Assembly (NCBI GenBank): GCA_002454425.1
Contig: DKIV01000043.1
Span: 69,364-133,363 of the forward strand
DNA from: Sphingobacteriaceae bacterium UBA6709
GTDB lineage: Bacteria > Bacteroidota > Bacteroidia > Sphingobacteriales > Sphingobacteriaceae
DNA length: 64,000 nt
Direction: 5' to 3'
Shown here: positions 29,400-38,666 of the stretch, piece by piece
Position numbering within the stretch: the stretch's first letter is position 1
Layout of the letters: each line of letters starts with the position of its first letter
Position numbers and translations under genes: made by a program
Notes under the pieces: model-generated
Told to the model about the DNA's origin: nothing
What the model saw: the letters and a program-made list of their open reading frames with translations, nothing else
Database searches by the model: none

Positions 29400-30035
29400 T
29401 TAGTCACGACAAGCATCCAGAAGCTTAAGCAATCTTTTCTGTCTGGTACCTTCCTGCTTTGCCGTCAATACAGATAGGAGCAGTTCTTTACGTCGCGTAT
29501 AAGAAAAGCTGTTAAACCGCTGTAGGGCGCCATCCTGACAACTCAGTAATTCTGAGATGTCATCCGGTAAAGTGATCTTCTTATTTACCATATCTATATG
29601 GGCGCTGTATTGCTGGGCGATATTATCATTGCATAGCTCGGATTTTTTCACCTGATCATTAAATTTATAACGTATCGACGACCACACATCATCAATAGCA
29701 ACCGAACTTACAGGTCTCATGCCGGCCGCACTTAAGGCATCCCAGGAACTCATGAGGTTCAGATCGGCACCCAATCCCGAGCTTTTTTTGGGATAAGCAA
29801 TCCACACAAGAGTGTCAGCCTTGAATAAATGCATATACTTCTCCAACGCCAGATCGAGATCTTGCTTGTTATTTACGAACAGCTGTATAAAACTGTATGG
29901 CGCTTCGCTATCCTCAATACATATGCTTAGCTGCTCTGGTAGAGGCTGTAAAAGCTGTTCATAATAATCCGGGGCGCCAACAATAAGTGCCCTTCCTGAT
30001 TTCAGTTGTAATCGTGACGAAAGATCCCTTGGCAT
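29400..30035 (-). CDS. Hypothetical protein with YdeI/OmdA-like C-terminal region
   Basis: 211 aa. The C-terminal FSYTRRKELLLSVLTAKQEGTRQKRLLKLL resembles the YdeI/OmpD-associated family. The N-terminal half is unassigned. Confidence 0.5.
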   Translation of the reverse strand: MPRDLSSRLQLKSGRALIVGAPDYYEQLLQPLPEQLSICIEDSEAPYSFIQLFVNNKQDLDLALEKYMHLFKADTLVWIAYPKKSSGLGADLNLMSSWDALSAAGMRPVSSVAIDDVWSSIRYKFNDQVKKSELCNDNIAQQYSAHIDMVNKKITLPDDISELLSCQDGALQRFNSFSYTRRKELLLSVLTAKQEGTRQKRLLKLLDACRD

Positions 30036-30036
30036 A

Positions 30037-30573
30037 TCAAGTAGACAGTTTAAGTTTTGCGAAAAAGTCCCACAACGCGATGCCTGCAGATACTACCACA
30101 TTGAAAGAGTGTTTTGTGCCAAACTGAGGAATCTCCAGGCATACATCGATAAGCGCCATAGCTTCCTCCGACACGCCATTCACCTCATTTCCCAGAATCA
30201 GAGCGTAATGTTCGTTCGGGATGGGCTGAAATTCGTTCAGCATCGTGCTGCCCTCAGCTTGCTCCAGAGCCACCAGGATGTATCCCTTGCTCTTAAGATC
30301 TAACAATATTGTAGTAATGTCAGGCACATGCTGCCATGCTACCGATTGGGTAGCACCAAGTGCTGTCTTTTCAATTTCGCGGTGTGGAGGTTGCCCGGTA
30401 ATACCGCAAAGTGCGAGGCTCTCAACGGCAAAGCCGTCAGCAGTTCTAAAGATGGAGCCTACATTATGCAAGCTCCGTACGCTGTCCAGCACCACTACAA
30501 GCGGAAGTTTCTCCTGTTCTTTAAACTCATCCACGCTCACCCGGTTAAGTTCTTCCAGCTTCAGTTTACGCAT
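30037..30573 (-). CDS. TrmH/SpoU-family RNA 2'-O-methyltransferase
   Basis: LILGNEVNGVSEE and IPQFGTKHSFNVVVSAGIALW motifs. Confidence 0.85.
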   Translation of the reverse strand: MRKLKLEELNRVSVDEFKEQEKLPLVVVLDSVRSLHNVGSIFRTADGFAVESLALCGITGQPPHREIEKTALGATQSVAWQHVPDITTILLDLKSKGYILVALEQAEGSTMLNEFQPIPNEHYALILGNEVNGVSEEAMALIDVCLEIPQFGTKHSFNVVVSAGIALWDFFAKLKLST

Positions 30574-30583
30574 ATCTTATAAG

Positions 30584-31741
30584 TTAAATAGTTGCCGAGC
30601 CTACGCCACGTCCAGGTACTGAACTATATACTGAGGGGGCATAGCCTATCTTGGCCGTATAAAAATCTTCAATCTCTTTGCTAAAGGTGTCAAACTTATC
30701 TTTTTTCACAAGAGCTATGGCACATCCACCAAAACCGGCACCCGTCATTCTAGCTCCCGTAACGCCCTCAAATCCTTTGCAGAAATCAACAATGGTATCA
30801 AGTTCAACGCCCGAGACTTCATACAAATGCTGCAAGGAATCATGAGATGCAAACATCAGCTTCCCGAAGTCATCAATGCGGTTTTCATCCAGAGCTATGG
30901 CAGCATGCAATACGCGATCATTCTCTTCAACCACGTGTTTAGCACGATTACGAACAACCTCATCATTGATAAGATTCGCATTAGCAGCAAATGTAGCACC
31001 GTCAATGTCGCAAAGATTTTGAATGTCCAGCTTACGCTGAAGGGCCTTCAGTGCCTGTTGACACTCCGCAACACGTTCGTTATATTTCGATTCAGTGAGC
31101 TTGCGTGGTTTATTGGTATTGATGATTGCCAGGTAATGGTCGCCAAGATCACATTCTACCGCCTGGTAGTTAAGAGTATCGCAGTTAAGCTTAAGTGCTT
31201 TATTTTCTTCTCCAAAGGCAACGGCAAACTGATCCATAATACCGGAGTTCACGCCTATGAATTCATTTTCGACCCGCTTTGAAAGCTTTACAAGATCAAG
31301 CTTATTGAAACCGGCGTCAAAAAGATCGTTCAAGGCGTAGGCTGTGACAACCTCAATAGATGCCGAAGATGAAAGGCTTGCTCCGATAGGTAAATTACCG
31401 AAATAGAGAAGATCAAGGCCCTTGATCTCTTTGCCTGCAGCTAGGAAGTGATGGATAACACCCAGTGGATAATTAAACCACTCTTTACCTGTTTTCTCAT
31501 ACGCCGGCTGCATTGGAATTTCCAGGCTTTCATCAAAGTTGACACTACGGAAGCGGAAGTCTCCATTTGGATTTTCAGCTACAAGAAGATAGGTTCCCAT
31601 GGTAATAGCGCAAGGCATCACCAACCCACCATTGTAATCAATATGTTCACCGATCAGATTTACGCGTCCCGGTGCAAAAAATATATTCTGGCATGGCTGC
31701 CCGAAGAATTCCTGAAATTGTTGTTTTAGGTTATTGAGCAT
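30584..31741 (-). CDS. galK: Galactokinase
   Basis: PGRVNLIGEHIDYNGG, GASLSSSAS and TGAGFGGC motifs. Start placed at ATG 31741 (MLNNLKQQF). The track ORF extends to 31786. Confidence 0.9.
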   Translation of the reverse strand: MLNNLKQQFQEFFGQPCQNIFFAPGRVNLIGEHIDYNGGLVMPCAITMGTYLLVAENPNGDFRFRSVNFDESLEIPMQPAYEKTGKEWFNYPLGVIHHFLAAGKEIKGLDLLYFGNLPIGASLSSSASIEVVTAYALNDLFDAGFNKLDLVKLSKRVENEFIGVNSGIMDQFAVAFGEENKALKLNCDTLNYQAVECDLGDHYLAIINTNKPRKLTESKYNERVAECQQALKALQRKLDIQNLCDIDGATFAANANLINDEVVRNRAKHVVEENDRVLHAAIALDENRIDDFGKLMFASHDSLQHLYEVSGVELDTIVDFCKGFEGVTGARMTGAGFGGCAIALVKKDKFDTFSKEIEDFYTAKIGYAPSVYSSVPGRGVGSATI

Positions 31742-31848
31742 TGTATTAACGTTTTGCCAAATATAATAATATCTAACTATTGGCATAACGCAGGCTTACA
31801 TATCTTAAGGCGATATTGACGACGCGTCAGACGCCAGAGTGCCTCTGC

Positions 31849-32859
31849 CTAAGACCGGCGAAGAGACGATGCTCTTGTAACCAGAATAGGCTCAAGAATC
31901 AACCGTTGATGGGGAGCCTGATCACCAATGTTTTGAAGGAAAAGATTGGCTGCCTCTTTGCCCATTAAAATTGTTTGCTGATCTATGGTCGAAAGTCCAG
32001 GACTTACAAGACTGCCGAACGCTTCATTTGCGAACCCTATAACCCCCACCTCTTCGGGTACCCGAATGTTGAGCTCCCGAAGTTGCTCAAGCACGCCCAT
32101 GGCGGTATAGTCTTCAAGCGCGAAAACGGCGTCAAAATGCTCTCCCCTCATGTGGAAGTCGTTGATTACATCTTTTCCAAATTGCCCCGAGAAGTCGCCT
32201 TTCACCACAAGTTCTTCATCTACGGGTATTCCATAATGAAGTAAAGCATCCATGTATCCGCGCAGGCGCTCCCTGAAAATAGTTATATCTTTTGATGAGG
32301 TAATGTGCATTATTCTTCTGAATCCCTGCTTTATAAGATGTTCAGTGGCGATAAATCCGCCCTTGTAATCGTCGATAGTGACAGAGGGAACACTGAGTTC
32401 AGGAAGATGGCGGTCAAAGAATACCAGAGGCGTCTTACGATCTACGACCTCGCTGAAACTCGCAGCGCTGTCAGTCTCGGTAGAGATGGAGGCGATGATT
32501 CCGTCAACGCGGGAATTCAGGAAGGTTGTAATACCCTTGGCTTCCTGATTTTTTGATTCATGCGACTGATATAGCAAAACAGTATAGCCATTGGCGTTCA
32601 TTATTTCTTCAATTCCGGATACTACGGAACTGAAAAAGGATACCTTCAGACTGGGTACGATGATGCCTATAGTATTGGTGCGCCCGGAGCGCAAAGAAGA
32701 CGCTATTTTATTTTGCCGGTAACCAAGGCGGTCGGCGGTTTCGCGTACCGCTTTCTTCGTAGCGGCACTGATGCCGGGATGATCGTTCAGCGCTCTTGCT
32801 ACGCTTGAAAAAGTAATGTTTAGTTCTTTGGCAATATCAAGAATGGTAACTTTTTTCAT
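31849..32859 (-). CDS. LacI-family transcriptional regulator
   Basis: N-terminal HTH MKKVTILDIAKELNITFSSVARALN plus a periplasmic-binding-protein-like body. Confidence 0.88.
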   Translation of the reverse strand: MKKVTILDIAKELNITFSSVARALNDHPGISAATKKAVRETADRLGYRQNKIASSLRSGRTNTIGIIVPSLKVSFFSSVVSGIEEIMNANGYTVLLYQSHESKNQEAKGITTFLNSRVDGIIASISTETDSAASFSEVVDRKTPLVFFDRHLPELSVPSVTIDDYKGGFIATEHLIKQGFRRIMHITSSKDITIFRERLRGYMDALLHYGIPVDEELVVKGDFSGQFGKDVINDFHMRGEHFDAVFALEDYTAMGVLEQLRELNIRVPEEVGVIGFANEAFGSLVSPGLSTIDQQTILMGKEAANLFLQNIGDQAPHQRLILEPILVTRASSLRRS

Positions 32860-32931
32860 TTCTTCGAACGCTGATAAGAAGGCTCTAACTCCTCTGTTTT
32901 GTTCAAAAGTAATAAAAAATCTTCGGCTACT

Positions 32932-32945
32932 TGCAAACGTTGGCC
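32932..32945. promoter_or_regulatory. LacI-type operator candidate 1 (TGCAAACGTTGGCC)
   Basis: Near-palindrome of the TGNAAACGTTTNCA class. The same 13-mer TGCAAACGTTGGC recurs at 33017. Confidence 0.55.
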
Positions 32946-33016
32946 AAGATGGACATCAACAGAAGGTATCTTTTAAAAAAATATTTTCCATTAATAAATA
33001 ATTATCAATACCTTGG

Positions 33017-33030
33017 TGCAAACGTTGGCA
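33017..33030. promoter_or_regulatory. LacI-type operator candidate 2 (TGCAAACGTTGGCA)
   Basis: Half-sites TGCAAAC and TGCCAAC differ at one position. Lies 64 nt upstream of the xylB ATG. Confidence 0.55.
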
Positions 33031-33093
33031 CAGCTTATAGCCAGTTGCTTGTCGACGTATATAAAATAACCTAACAATAAACGACAACGATAT

Positions 33094-34569
33094 ATGTTAT
33101 TACTTGGAATAGACGTTGGAACCTCATCAATAAAAGTCTCCGTAGTTGACGCCGCTAGTCGGCAAGCCGTCGCCAGCGCGCAGTATCCCGACACAGAATC
33201 AGAAATAAAGAGCTTGCGTTCCGGCTGGGCCGAGCAGTCGCCAGCTATGTGGTGGGAGCATGTTCAGCGAGCCATTCTCAAAGCAAATGCGCTTGGTGCC
33301 TATAATCCGCATGACATCGCTGCTATCGGGATCGCCTATCAGATGCACGGCCTGGTGGTAGTAGACAAACAGGAACGTGTCTTGCGCGACTCCATAATCT
33401 GGTGCGATAGCCGGGCCGTAGAGATAGGCAATGAAGCATTTCTTGGATTAGGTCCGGAGCACGCGCTTTCGCACCTGCTCAATTCACCGGGTAATTTCAC
33501 AGCATCGAAGCTGGCCTGGGTAAAGCAGCACGAACCTGAAGTATTCAGTAAAATAGATAAGGTGATGTTGCCTGGCGACTATATTGCCATGTGTCTGACC
33601 GGCGAGCTTACCTGTAGCGCATCTTCCTTATCCGAAGGAATTTTTTGGGATTTCCAACGTCAGGAGCTTTCCAGCGATATATTGCGGCAGTACGGTTTCA
33701 GTCGCGACCTGTTTCCCAGGATACTACCGGTATTCGCTTCGCACGGTCAACTGCGGGGATCGACGGCGGCACTTCTGGGACTTAAAAGCGGCATTCCTGT
33801 GAGTTATAAGTCAGGTGATCAGCCTAATAACGCATTATCATTAAACGTACTTAAGCCTGGAGAGGTTGCGGCCACCGCAGGTACTTCCGGGGTGATTTAT
33901 GGAATCAGCGATACCCTTGCTTATGATAAGGCGTCACGTGTAAATACTTTCGCACATGTAAACTACACCAAAGAGGACCAGCGCTTGGGGATACTGCTTT
34001 GCATTAACGGAACGGGTATTCTTAATCGTTGGATGCGCGATAATATAGGAGGAGCAAGGAGCTATGCCGAAGTCAACAGCCTCGCCGCTACGGTAGCTGT
34101 CGGTGCCGAAGGCTTGCGCGTCTTACCCTTTGGCAATGGCGCTGAGCGTATGTTAAACAACAAGATTATCGGAGCACAAATACTTAATGTCGATCTGAAT
34201 ATTCACAATACCGCTCATCTATTTCGTGCCGCGCAGGAAGGCATCGCCTGTTCTTTCCGCTACGGGCTCGACATTATCAGGCAGAACGGTATGAATCCAT
34301 CCGTAATAAGAGTTGGACGCGCGAACTTGTTCCTCAGTCCGCTCTTCACGCAGGCATTCGTCAATACCACGGGCGTTCCTGTCGAGTTCTACAGCAACGA
34401 TGGTAGTGTAGGCGCCGCGATCGGTGCCGGTATCGGTGCCCGGATCTTCAGCAGTGAAGAGGAGGCTTTCGATAACATGAAGGCTCAAGAGCTTGTAGAA
34501 CCCACGATGGCTACTCAATACGATGAGCTTTACCAAAGTTGGAAATCATGCCTACAGAAATTTCTATAA
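33094..34569 (+). CDS. xylB: Xylulokinase (FGGY carbohydrate kinase)
   Basis: N-terminal LLGIDVGTSSIK with FGGY N- and C-terminal domains. Sits immediately upstream of xylA. Confidence 0.85.
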   Translation: MLLLGIDVGTSSIKVSVVDAASRQAVASAQYPDTESEIKSLRSGWAEQSPAMWWEHVQRAILKANALGAYNPHDIAAIGIAYQMHGLVVVDKQERVLRDSIIWCDSRAVEIGNEAFLGLGPEHALSHLLNSPGNFTASKLAWVKQHEPEVFSKIDKVMLPGDYIAMCLTGELTCSASSLSEGIFWDFQRQELSSDILRQYGFSRDLFPRILPVFASHGQLRGSTAALLGLKSGIPVSYKSGDQPNNALSLNVLKPGEVAATAGTSGVIYGISDTLAYDKASRVNTFAHVNYTKEDQRLGILLCINGTGILNRWMRDNIGGARSYAEVNSLAATVAVGAEGLRVLPFGNGAERMLNNKIIGAQILNVDLNIHNTAHLFRAAQEGIACSFRYGLDIIRQNGMNPSVIRVGRANLFLSPLFTQAFVNTTGVPVEFYSNDGSVGAAIGAGIGARIFSSEEEAFDNMKAQELVEPTMATQYDELYQSWKSCLQKFL

Positions 34570-34602
34570 TACAGACATAAACAATTCAATTTATTAAACA
34601 CT

Positions 34603-35934
34603 ATGGCAAATGTTATCACCGGTGAAACTGAGTTTTTCAAAGGTATTTCACAGATTAAATATGAGGGAACTACATCCGACAATCCGCTGGCATTCCGCTG
34701 GTACGATGAGAATAAAGTGGTTGCCGGAAAAACGTTAAAAGAGCATTTTCGTTTCGCTTGCGCCTATTGGCATTCTTTCTGCGGAAATGGTGCCGATCCT
34801 TTTGGTGGCCCTTCGCACGTTTTTCCCTGGGATAAAAATGCAGACGCTGTGGCGCGCGCCAAGGATAAGATGGATGCCGCTTTTGAGTTTATCACTAAAA
34901 TGGGTCTCCCATATTATTGCTTTCACGATGTCGATCTTGTTGATTATACCAACGACGTTACGGAAAACGAACGCCGTCTGCAAGCTATTGTCGAGTATGC
35001 GAAGCAAAAGCAAGCTGACAGCGGCGTGAAGCTCCTTTGGGGTACCGCAAACGTGTTCAGCAATCCTCGCTATATGAATGGCGCTTCGACAAACCCCGAC
35101 TTCCACGTGCTGGCGCATGCCGCAACGCAGGTGAAGGGAGCTCTCGATGCTACCATCGCTTTGGGAGGCGAAAATTACGTGTTCTGGGGAGGCCGCGAAG
35201 GATATATGACCTTACTGAATACCGATATGAAGCGCGAACAGGAGCACCTTGCCCGTTTCCTGCATACGGCAAAAGATTATGCCCGTGCAAATGGCTTTAA
35301 GGGAACCTTCTTTATCGAACCCAAGCCTTGCGAACCTACCAAACATCAGTATGATTACGACGCAGCGACAGTAATAGGCTTCCTTCGTCAGTATGATCTG
35401 CTTGGCGACTTTAAGCTAAACCTCGAAGTTAACCATGCTACGCTGGCAGGCCATACTTTCCAGCATGAAATGCAGGTGGCTGCAGATGCCGGACTTCTTG
35501 GATCCATGGATGCCAACCGCGGCGACTATCAGAATGGCTGGGATACCGATCAGTTCCCTAACAACGTAGGCGAGCTTACCGAGTGTATGTTAGTGTTCCT
35601 GCAATCCGGAGGCCTGCAAGGTGGCGGTATCAACTTCGACGCTAAGATTCGCCGTAACTCTACCGATATGGAAGATCTTTTCCATGCCCATATCGGTGGT
35701 ATGGATACCTTCGCCCGCGCCCTCATCGTTGCGGATAAGGTGCTCACCCAATCTGACTATCTGCAATTCCGTGAAGATCGCTACGCGTCTTTCGATACCG
35801 GAAAAGGGCAGGAGTTTGAACAAGGCAAGCTAAGCCTGGAAGATTTACGCGCGTATGCCATTGAGCAGGGCGAGCCCGCAGCGAAAAGCGGTCGTCAGGA
35901 ATATCTTGAAAATCTAATTAACAGGTATTTATAA
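34603..35934 (+). CDS. xylA: Xylose isomerase
   Basis: FCFHD, WGGREGY and [18 protein letters not shown] motifs. Confidence 0.95.
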   Translation: MANVITGETEFFKGISQIKYEGTTSDNPLAFRWYDENKVVAGKTLKEHFRFACAYWHSFCGNGADPFGGPSHVFPWDKNADAVARAKDKMDAAFEFITKMGLPYYCFHDVDLVDYTNDVTENERRLQAIVEYAKQKQADSGVKLLWGTANVFSNPRYMNGASTNPDFHVLAHAATQVKGALDATIALGGENYVFWGGREGYMTLLNTDMKREQEHLARFLHTAKDYARANGFKGTFFIEPKPCEPTKHQYDYDAATVIGFLRQYDLLGDFKLNLEVNHATLAGHTFQHEMQVAADAGLLGSMDANRGDYQNGWDTDQFPNNVGELTECMLVFLQSGGLQGGGINFDAKIRRNSTDMEDLFHAHIGGMDTFARALIVADKVLTQSDYLQFREDRYASFDTGKGQEFEQGKLSLEDLRAYAIEQGEPAAKSGRQEYLENLINRYL

Positions 35935-35983
35935 ATACCACTGTATCCGGTCTGGCATATACATGCCAGCCGATGCTCCAATG

Positions 35984-36031
35984 AACAGCAAAAGACGGAA
36001 TGCTTTGAGTATTTCGTCTTTTGCTGTTTAT
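35984..36031 (+). terminator. Long hairpin after xylA
   Basis: 14-bp perfect stem AACAGCAAAAGACG (35984-35997) with CGTCTTTTGCTGTT (36015-36028), followed by TTTA. Confidence 0.6.
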
Positions 36032-36046
36032 GAGTGGTTGGAACTA

Positions 36047-36063
36047 TTTGCTAAACCGTTTTT
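36047..36063. promoter_or_regulatory. Candidate operator TTTGCTAAACCGTTTTT upstream of GH125
   Basis: Shares TTTGCTAAA[A/C]CGTTTT with 41086-41102. Ends 22 nt before ATG 36085. Confidence 0.4.
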
Positions 36064-36084
36064 CTTTCATTATATTTAGCCTAT

Positions 36085-37509
36085 ATGAACAGAAGGAATT
36101 TTATAAGGAGCTCCGGAGTGCTTGGGGCCTCTTATCTCGTAGCCAATAATATTGCCTTTGCCATGCCCGACTCATTTCCTGTAGTGCGCCTAGCTAAAGA
36201 AAAGCGACGCTTCACCAGTGTCGCGGTAGAAAAAGCCATCGCTGAATTTCGGCGTAACGTAAAAGATCCGCAGTTAGCCTGGCTCTTTGAAAACTGTTTC
36301 CCCAATACCCTTGATACTACCGTGTTTCATGAGATGAAAAATGGTAAACCTGATACCTACGTCATCACTGGAGATATTGATGCCATGTGGATGCGCGACA
36401 GCAGCGCGCAGGTATGGCCTTACATGCAGTTCGTGGCGCAGGATAAAGCCCTTCAGCATCTGATTGCCGGCGTCATCAATCGCCAGACAACATATATATT
36501 AAAAGATCCCTACGCTAACGCCTTTTACCATGACGCTGACAAGAAAGGAGAGTGGGCTAGCGATCATACCAAAATGCTGCCCGGGGTGCACGAGCGCAAG
36601 TGGGAGATCGACTCCCTGTGTTATCCTATCCGGCTGGCTTTTCATTATTGGAAGAGTACCGGGGATGTAAGCCCCTTCGACAGCTCCTGGCAGGAAGCCA
36701 TAAAGCTTATACTAAAAACCTTCCGGGAGCAGCAACGTAAAGAAAATAAAGGGCCATATACCTTCCAGCGCGATACGCCAAAGGCTACCGACACGCAACC
36801 CATGGCTGGCTACGGCTTTCCTGTGAAGCCCGTGGGACTTATCTGTTCGGCCTTTCGCCCCAGCGACGATGCTACCCTGTACCAGTTTCTCATTCCGTCA
36901 AACTTCTTCGCCGTCGTAAGCTTGCGCGAGGCTGCGGAGATGATGCAAGTCATCATAAAAGATCAGGCAACTGCCGACGCTCTAAAAGCGCTGGCTTCTG
37001 AAGTTGAAGGAGCATTACGCCAATACGCCAGAGGAACACATAAAACGTATGGTGAAGTGTTCGCCTTTGAGGTTGATGGCTATGGCAATCAGCTATTCAT
37101 GGACGATGCCAATGTGCCGAGCTTGATGTCGCTGCCTTACCTTGGAGCGCTATCGCCCTCAGACGTCACTTACCAGAATACCCGCAAGTTGATCTGGTCC
37201 GCGGACAACCCTTATTTCTATAAAGGGAAAGCAGGAGAGGGTATGGGTGGTCCCCATGTAGAAAAAGATGATATGATCTGGCCTATGAGCATCATCATGC
37301 GCGGACTTACCAGCACCAGCGATGAGGAAATTCGCGCCGCGATAGTAACGCTTGCCAATTCGCATGGTGGCACAGGCTTCATGCACGAGACATTCCATAA
37401 GGACGATCCCACACAGTTTACGCGTTCCTGGTTTGCATGGGCTAATACGCTGTTTGGAGAATTTTTATGGAAAACATATAAGGAGAAGCCTTATTTGTTG
37501 CGTAAATAG
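36085..37509 (+). CDS. GH125 exo-alpha-1,6-mannosidase (metal-independent alpha-mannosidase)
   Basis: Twin-arginine-like signal MNRRNFIRSSG. Hallmark VITGDIDAMWMRDSSAQV matches the GH125/DUF1237 family. Confidence 0.8.
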   Translation: MNRRNFIRSSGVLGASYLVANNIAFAMPDSFPVVRLAKEKRRFTSVAVEKAIAEFRRNVKDPQLAWLFENCFPNTLDTTVFHEMKNGKPDTYVITGDIDAMWMRDSSAQVWPYMQFVAQDKALQHLIAGVINRQTTYILKDPYANAFYHDADKKGEWASDHTKMLPGVHERKWEIDSLCYPIRLAFHYWKSTGDVSPFDSSWQEAIKLILKTFREQQRKENKGPYTFQRDTPKATDTQPMAGYGFPVKPVGLICSAFRPSDDATLYQFLIPSNFFAVVSLREAAEMMQVIIKDQATADALKALASEVEGALRQYARGTHKTYGEVFAFEVDGYGNQLFMDDANVPSLMSLPYLGALSPSDVTYQNTRKLIWSADNPYFYKGKAGEGMGGPHVEKDDMIWPMSIIMRGLTSTSDEEIRAAIVTLANSHGGTGFMHETFHKDDPTQFTRSWFAWANTLFGEFLWKTYKEKPYLLRK

Positions 37510-37611
37510 CAATATTTCATCTTTTATCTTATATTAGTTTTCTAAGAAAGGCGTTAATGGCAGCACCCAGTGCTCTATTAACGCTTAGCATTTACCTGTA
37601 TCATAATTCAA

Positions 37612-38637
37612 GTGAAGAAAAAATTATCCATTAGTGATATTGCAAGGAGCCTAAACATTTCAGTTACCACAGTATCATTTATCCTGAACGGCAAGGCGCA
37701 GGAGAAACGAATCTCTGACGAGCTTGTAAAGCGCGTTCAAACATTTATTGACGAAGTAGGCTATAAGCCCGATTCCCTGGCTCGCAGTCTCCGCACCGGC
37801 AAGTCAAATATTATCGGATTGCTTGTTGAAGATATTTCAAATCCTTTCTTTGCCGGCATTGCCCGCCAGATTGAGGACAACGCCTATCGTAAGGGCTACA
37901 AGATCCTCTATAGCAGCACAGACAACGACTTAGAGAAAACACGCGAACTTATACAGATGTTCCGTGATCGCCACGTCGATGGCTACATTATCGCTGCACC
38001 GCAAGGGCTCGAGGCTGAACTCAACGCGCTTATTGAAGCTGGCAGGCCAGTGGTATTATTTGACCGTACCGTAGAGGGCGTTGATACTGATTACGTGGGT
38101 ATCGACAATTATCGCAGCACTGCCGAGGCGGTACAGATGCTCATAGGTCAGGGATTTAAAAAGATAGGCATGATCTCGCTAGCCTCTACCCAGTCGCAGA
38201 TGAAGGACCGCCGTCAGGGATATATCGATGCCCTTGCAGAGCATAAGCTTCCTGAACATCTTCTGGAAATTCCATTTACGGAAAATGGCGAGGAAATCTC
38301 CGCGGCTATAGATCAATATCTTGACAGCGTAAATATCGACGCCTTATTGTTCGCCACCAACTACCTGGCCGTAAACGGTCTGCGTGCCATCTATCGTCGT
38401 AACATTGCCATCCCAAAAGAACTGGCGGTGGTTGCTTTCGATGATAACGATGTGTTCGAGCTTAGCAATCCTTCAATTACAGCCATAACACAGCCGGTGG
38501 CTGATATCGCGCTGGCAAGCATTTCGATGCTTCTTGAGCGTCTGACCTCACCACGTCGCGATAAGGCGAAAGAATCTCAAACAGAAATACTGAATACCAG
38601 TCTCAAAATCCGGCGGTCTACCGGCGGAACTGAATAA
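37612..38637 (+). CDS. LacI-family transcriptional regulator
   Basis: HTH KKLSISDIARSLNISVTTVSFILNG plus a sugar-binding domain. GTG start at 37612. Confidence 0.88.
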   Translation: MKKKLSISDIARSLNISVTTVSFILNGKAQEKRISDELVKRVQTFIDEVGYKPDSLARSLRTGKSNIIGLLVEDISNPFFAGIARQIEDNAYRKGYKILYSSTDNDLEKTRELIQMFRDRHVDGYIIAAPQGLEAELNALIEAGRPVVLFDRTVEGVDTDYVGIDNYRSTAEAVQMLIGQGFKKIGMISLASTQSQMKDRRQGYIDALAEHKLPEHLLEIPFTENGEEISAAIDQYLDSVNIDALLFATNYLAVNGLRAIYRRNIAIPKELAVVAFDDNDVFELSNPSITAITQPVADIALASISMLLERLTSPRRDKAKESQTEILNTSLKIRRSTGGTE

Positions 38638-38666
38638 TTTATTTTTACAAAAAAGCATATTAAAGT

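Noticed and set aside
37551-37584. Two-part hairpin (GCGTTAAT/ATTAACGC with inner AGCAC/GTGCT) between GH125 and the LacI gene, as a terminator or attenuator.
   Set aside because: No T tract follows it, and the LacI GTG start is only about 28 nt away. It may be structural, but the evidence is too thin to annotate.
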